Source: Eimeria praecox
Taxonomy: Eukaryota
Length of the DNA: 64,000 nt
Direction of reading: 5' to 3'
Assembly: GCA_963920595.1 (NCBI GenBank)
Contig: OY986949.1
Location: 1,178,001-1,242,000 of the forward strand
In this document: one piece after another, positions 63,909 to 64,000 of the stretch
Position numbering within the stretch: position 1 is the first letter of the stretch
Layout of the letters: each line of letters begins with the position of its first letter
Position numbers and translations under genes: made by a program
The notes under the pieces: model-generated
What the model saw: the letters and a program-made list of their open reading frames with translations, nothing else
Database searches by the model: none
Told to the model about the DNA's origin: nothing

Positions 63909-64000
63909 ATATATTGTACTAGGCAGCAGCAGCAGCAGCTAAGAATGCAGCAGCACATAGAATAGACAACAACACAAACAGAGAGAGCTGCTGCAGCAGA

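Overview
Eukaryotic, intron-rich DNA from a coccidian apicomplexan, most likely an Eimeria species. This is inferred from the pervasive CAG/CTG tracts, interstitial AAACCCT telomere-like arrays, TGCATGCA and TAGC repeats, and the gene content. Most ORFs in the six-frame track are repeat artefacts. Manual splicing with consistent exon phases supports 13 protein genes: RPS7, a J-domain protein, SF3B5, a signal-peptide hypothetical protein, an HROB/MCM8IP-like OB-fold protein, ribose-5-phosphate isomerase A, CCDC103-like, organellar AsnRS, NFS1/IscS, a 1420-aa C2H2 zinc-finger protein, phosphatidylinositol synthase, an ING-like PHD protein and the last exon of a Rab-like GTPase. There are also two tRNAs (Lys-CUU, Gly-UCC). 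The most interesting unexplained signals concern repeats and splicing. (1) A dispersed palindrome, GGTGTAYRTACACC/GGTGTACGTACAGC, forms or abuts splice sites in about a dozen introns. (2) Complementary repeat tracts sit at opposite ends of introns or around frame-preserving exon blocks. (3) A GC-AG intron appears obligatory in PIS. (4) A TAGC repeat appears to be read in frame as (QLAS)n. (5) Hairpin-unit tandem arrays occur in 3' regions. All gene models are hand-derived and have not been verified by transcript data or database search.
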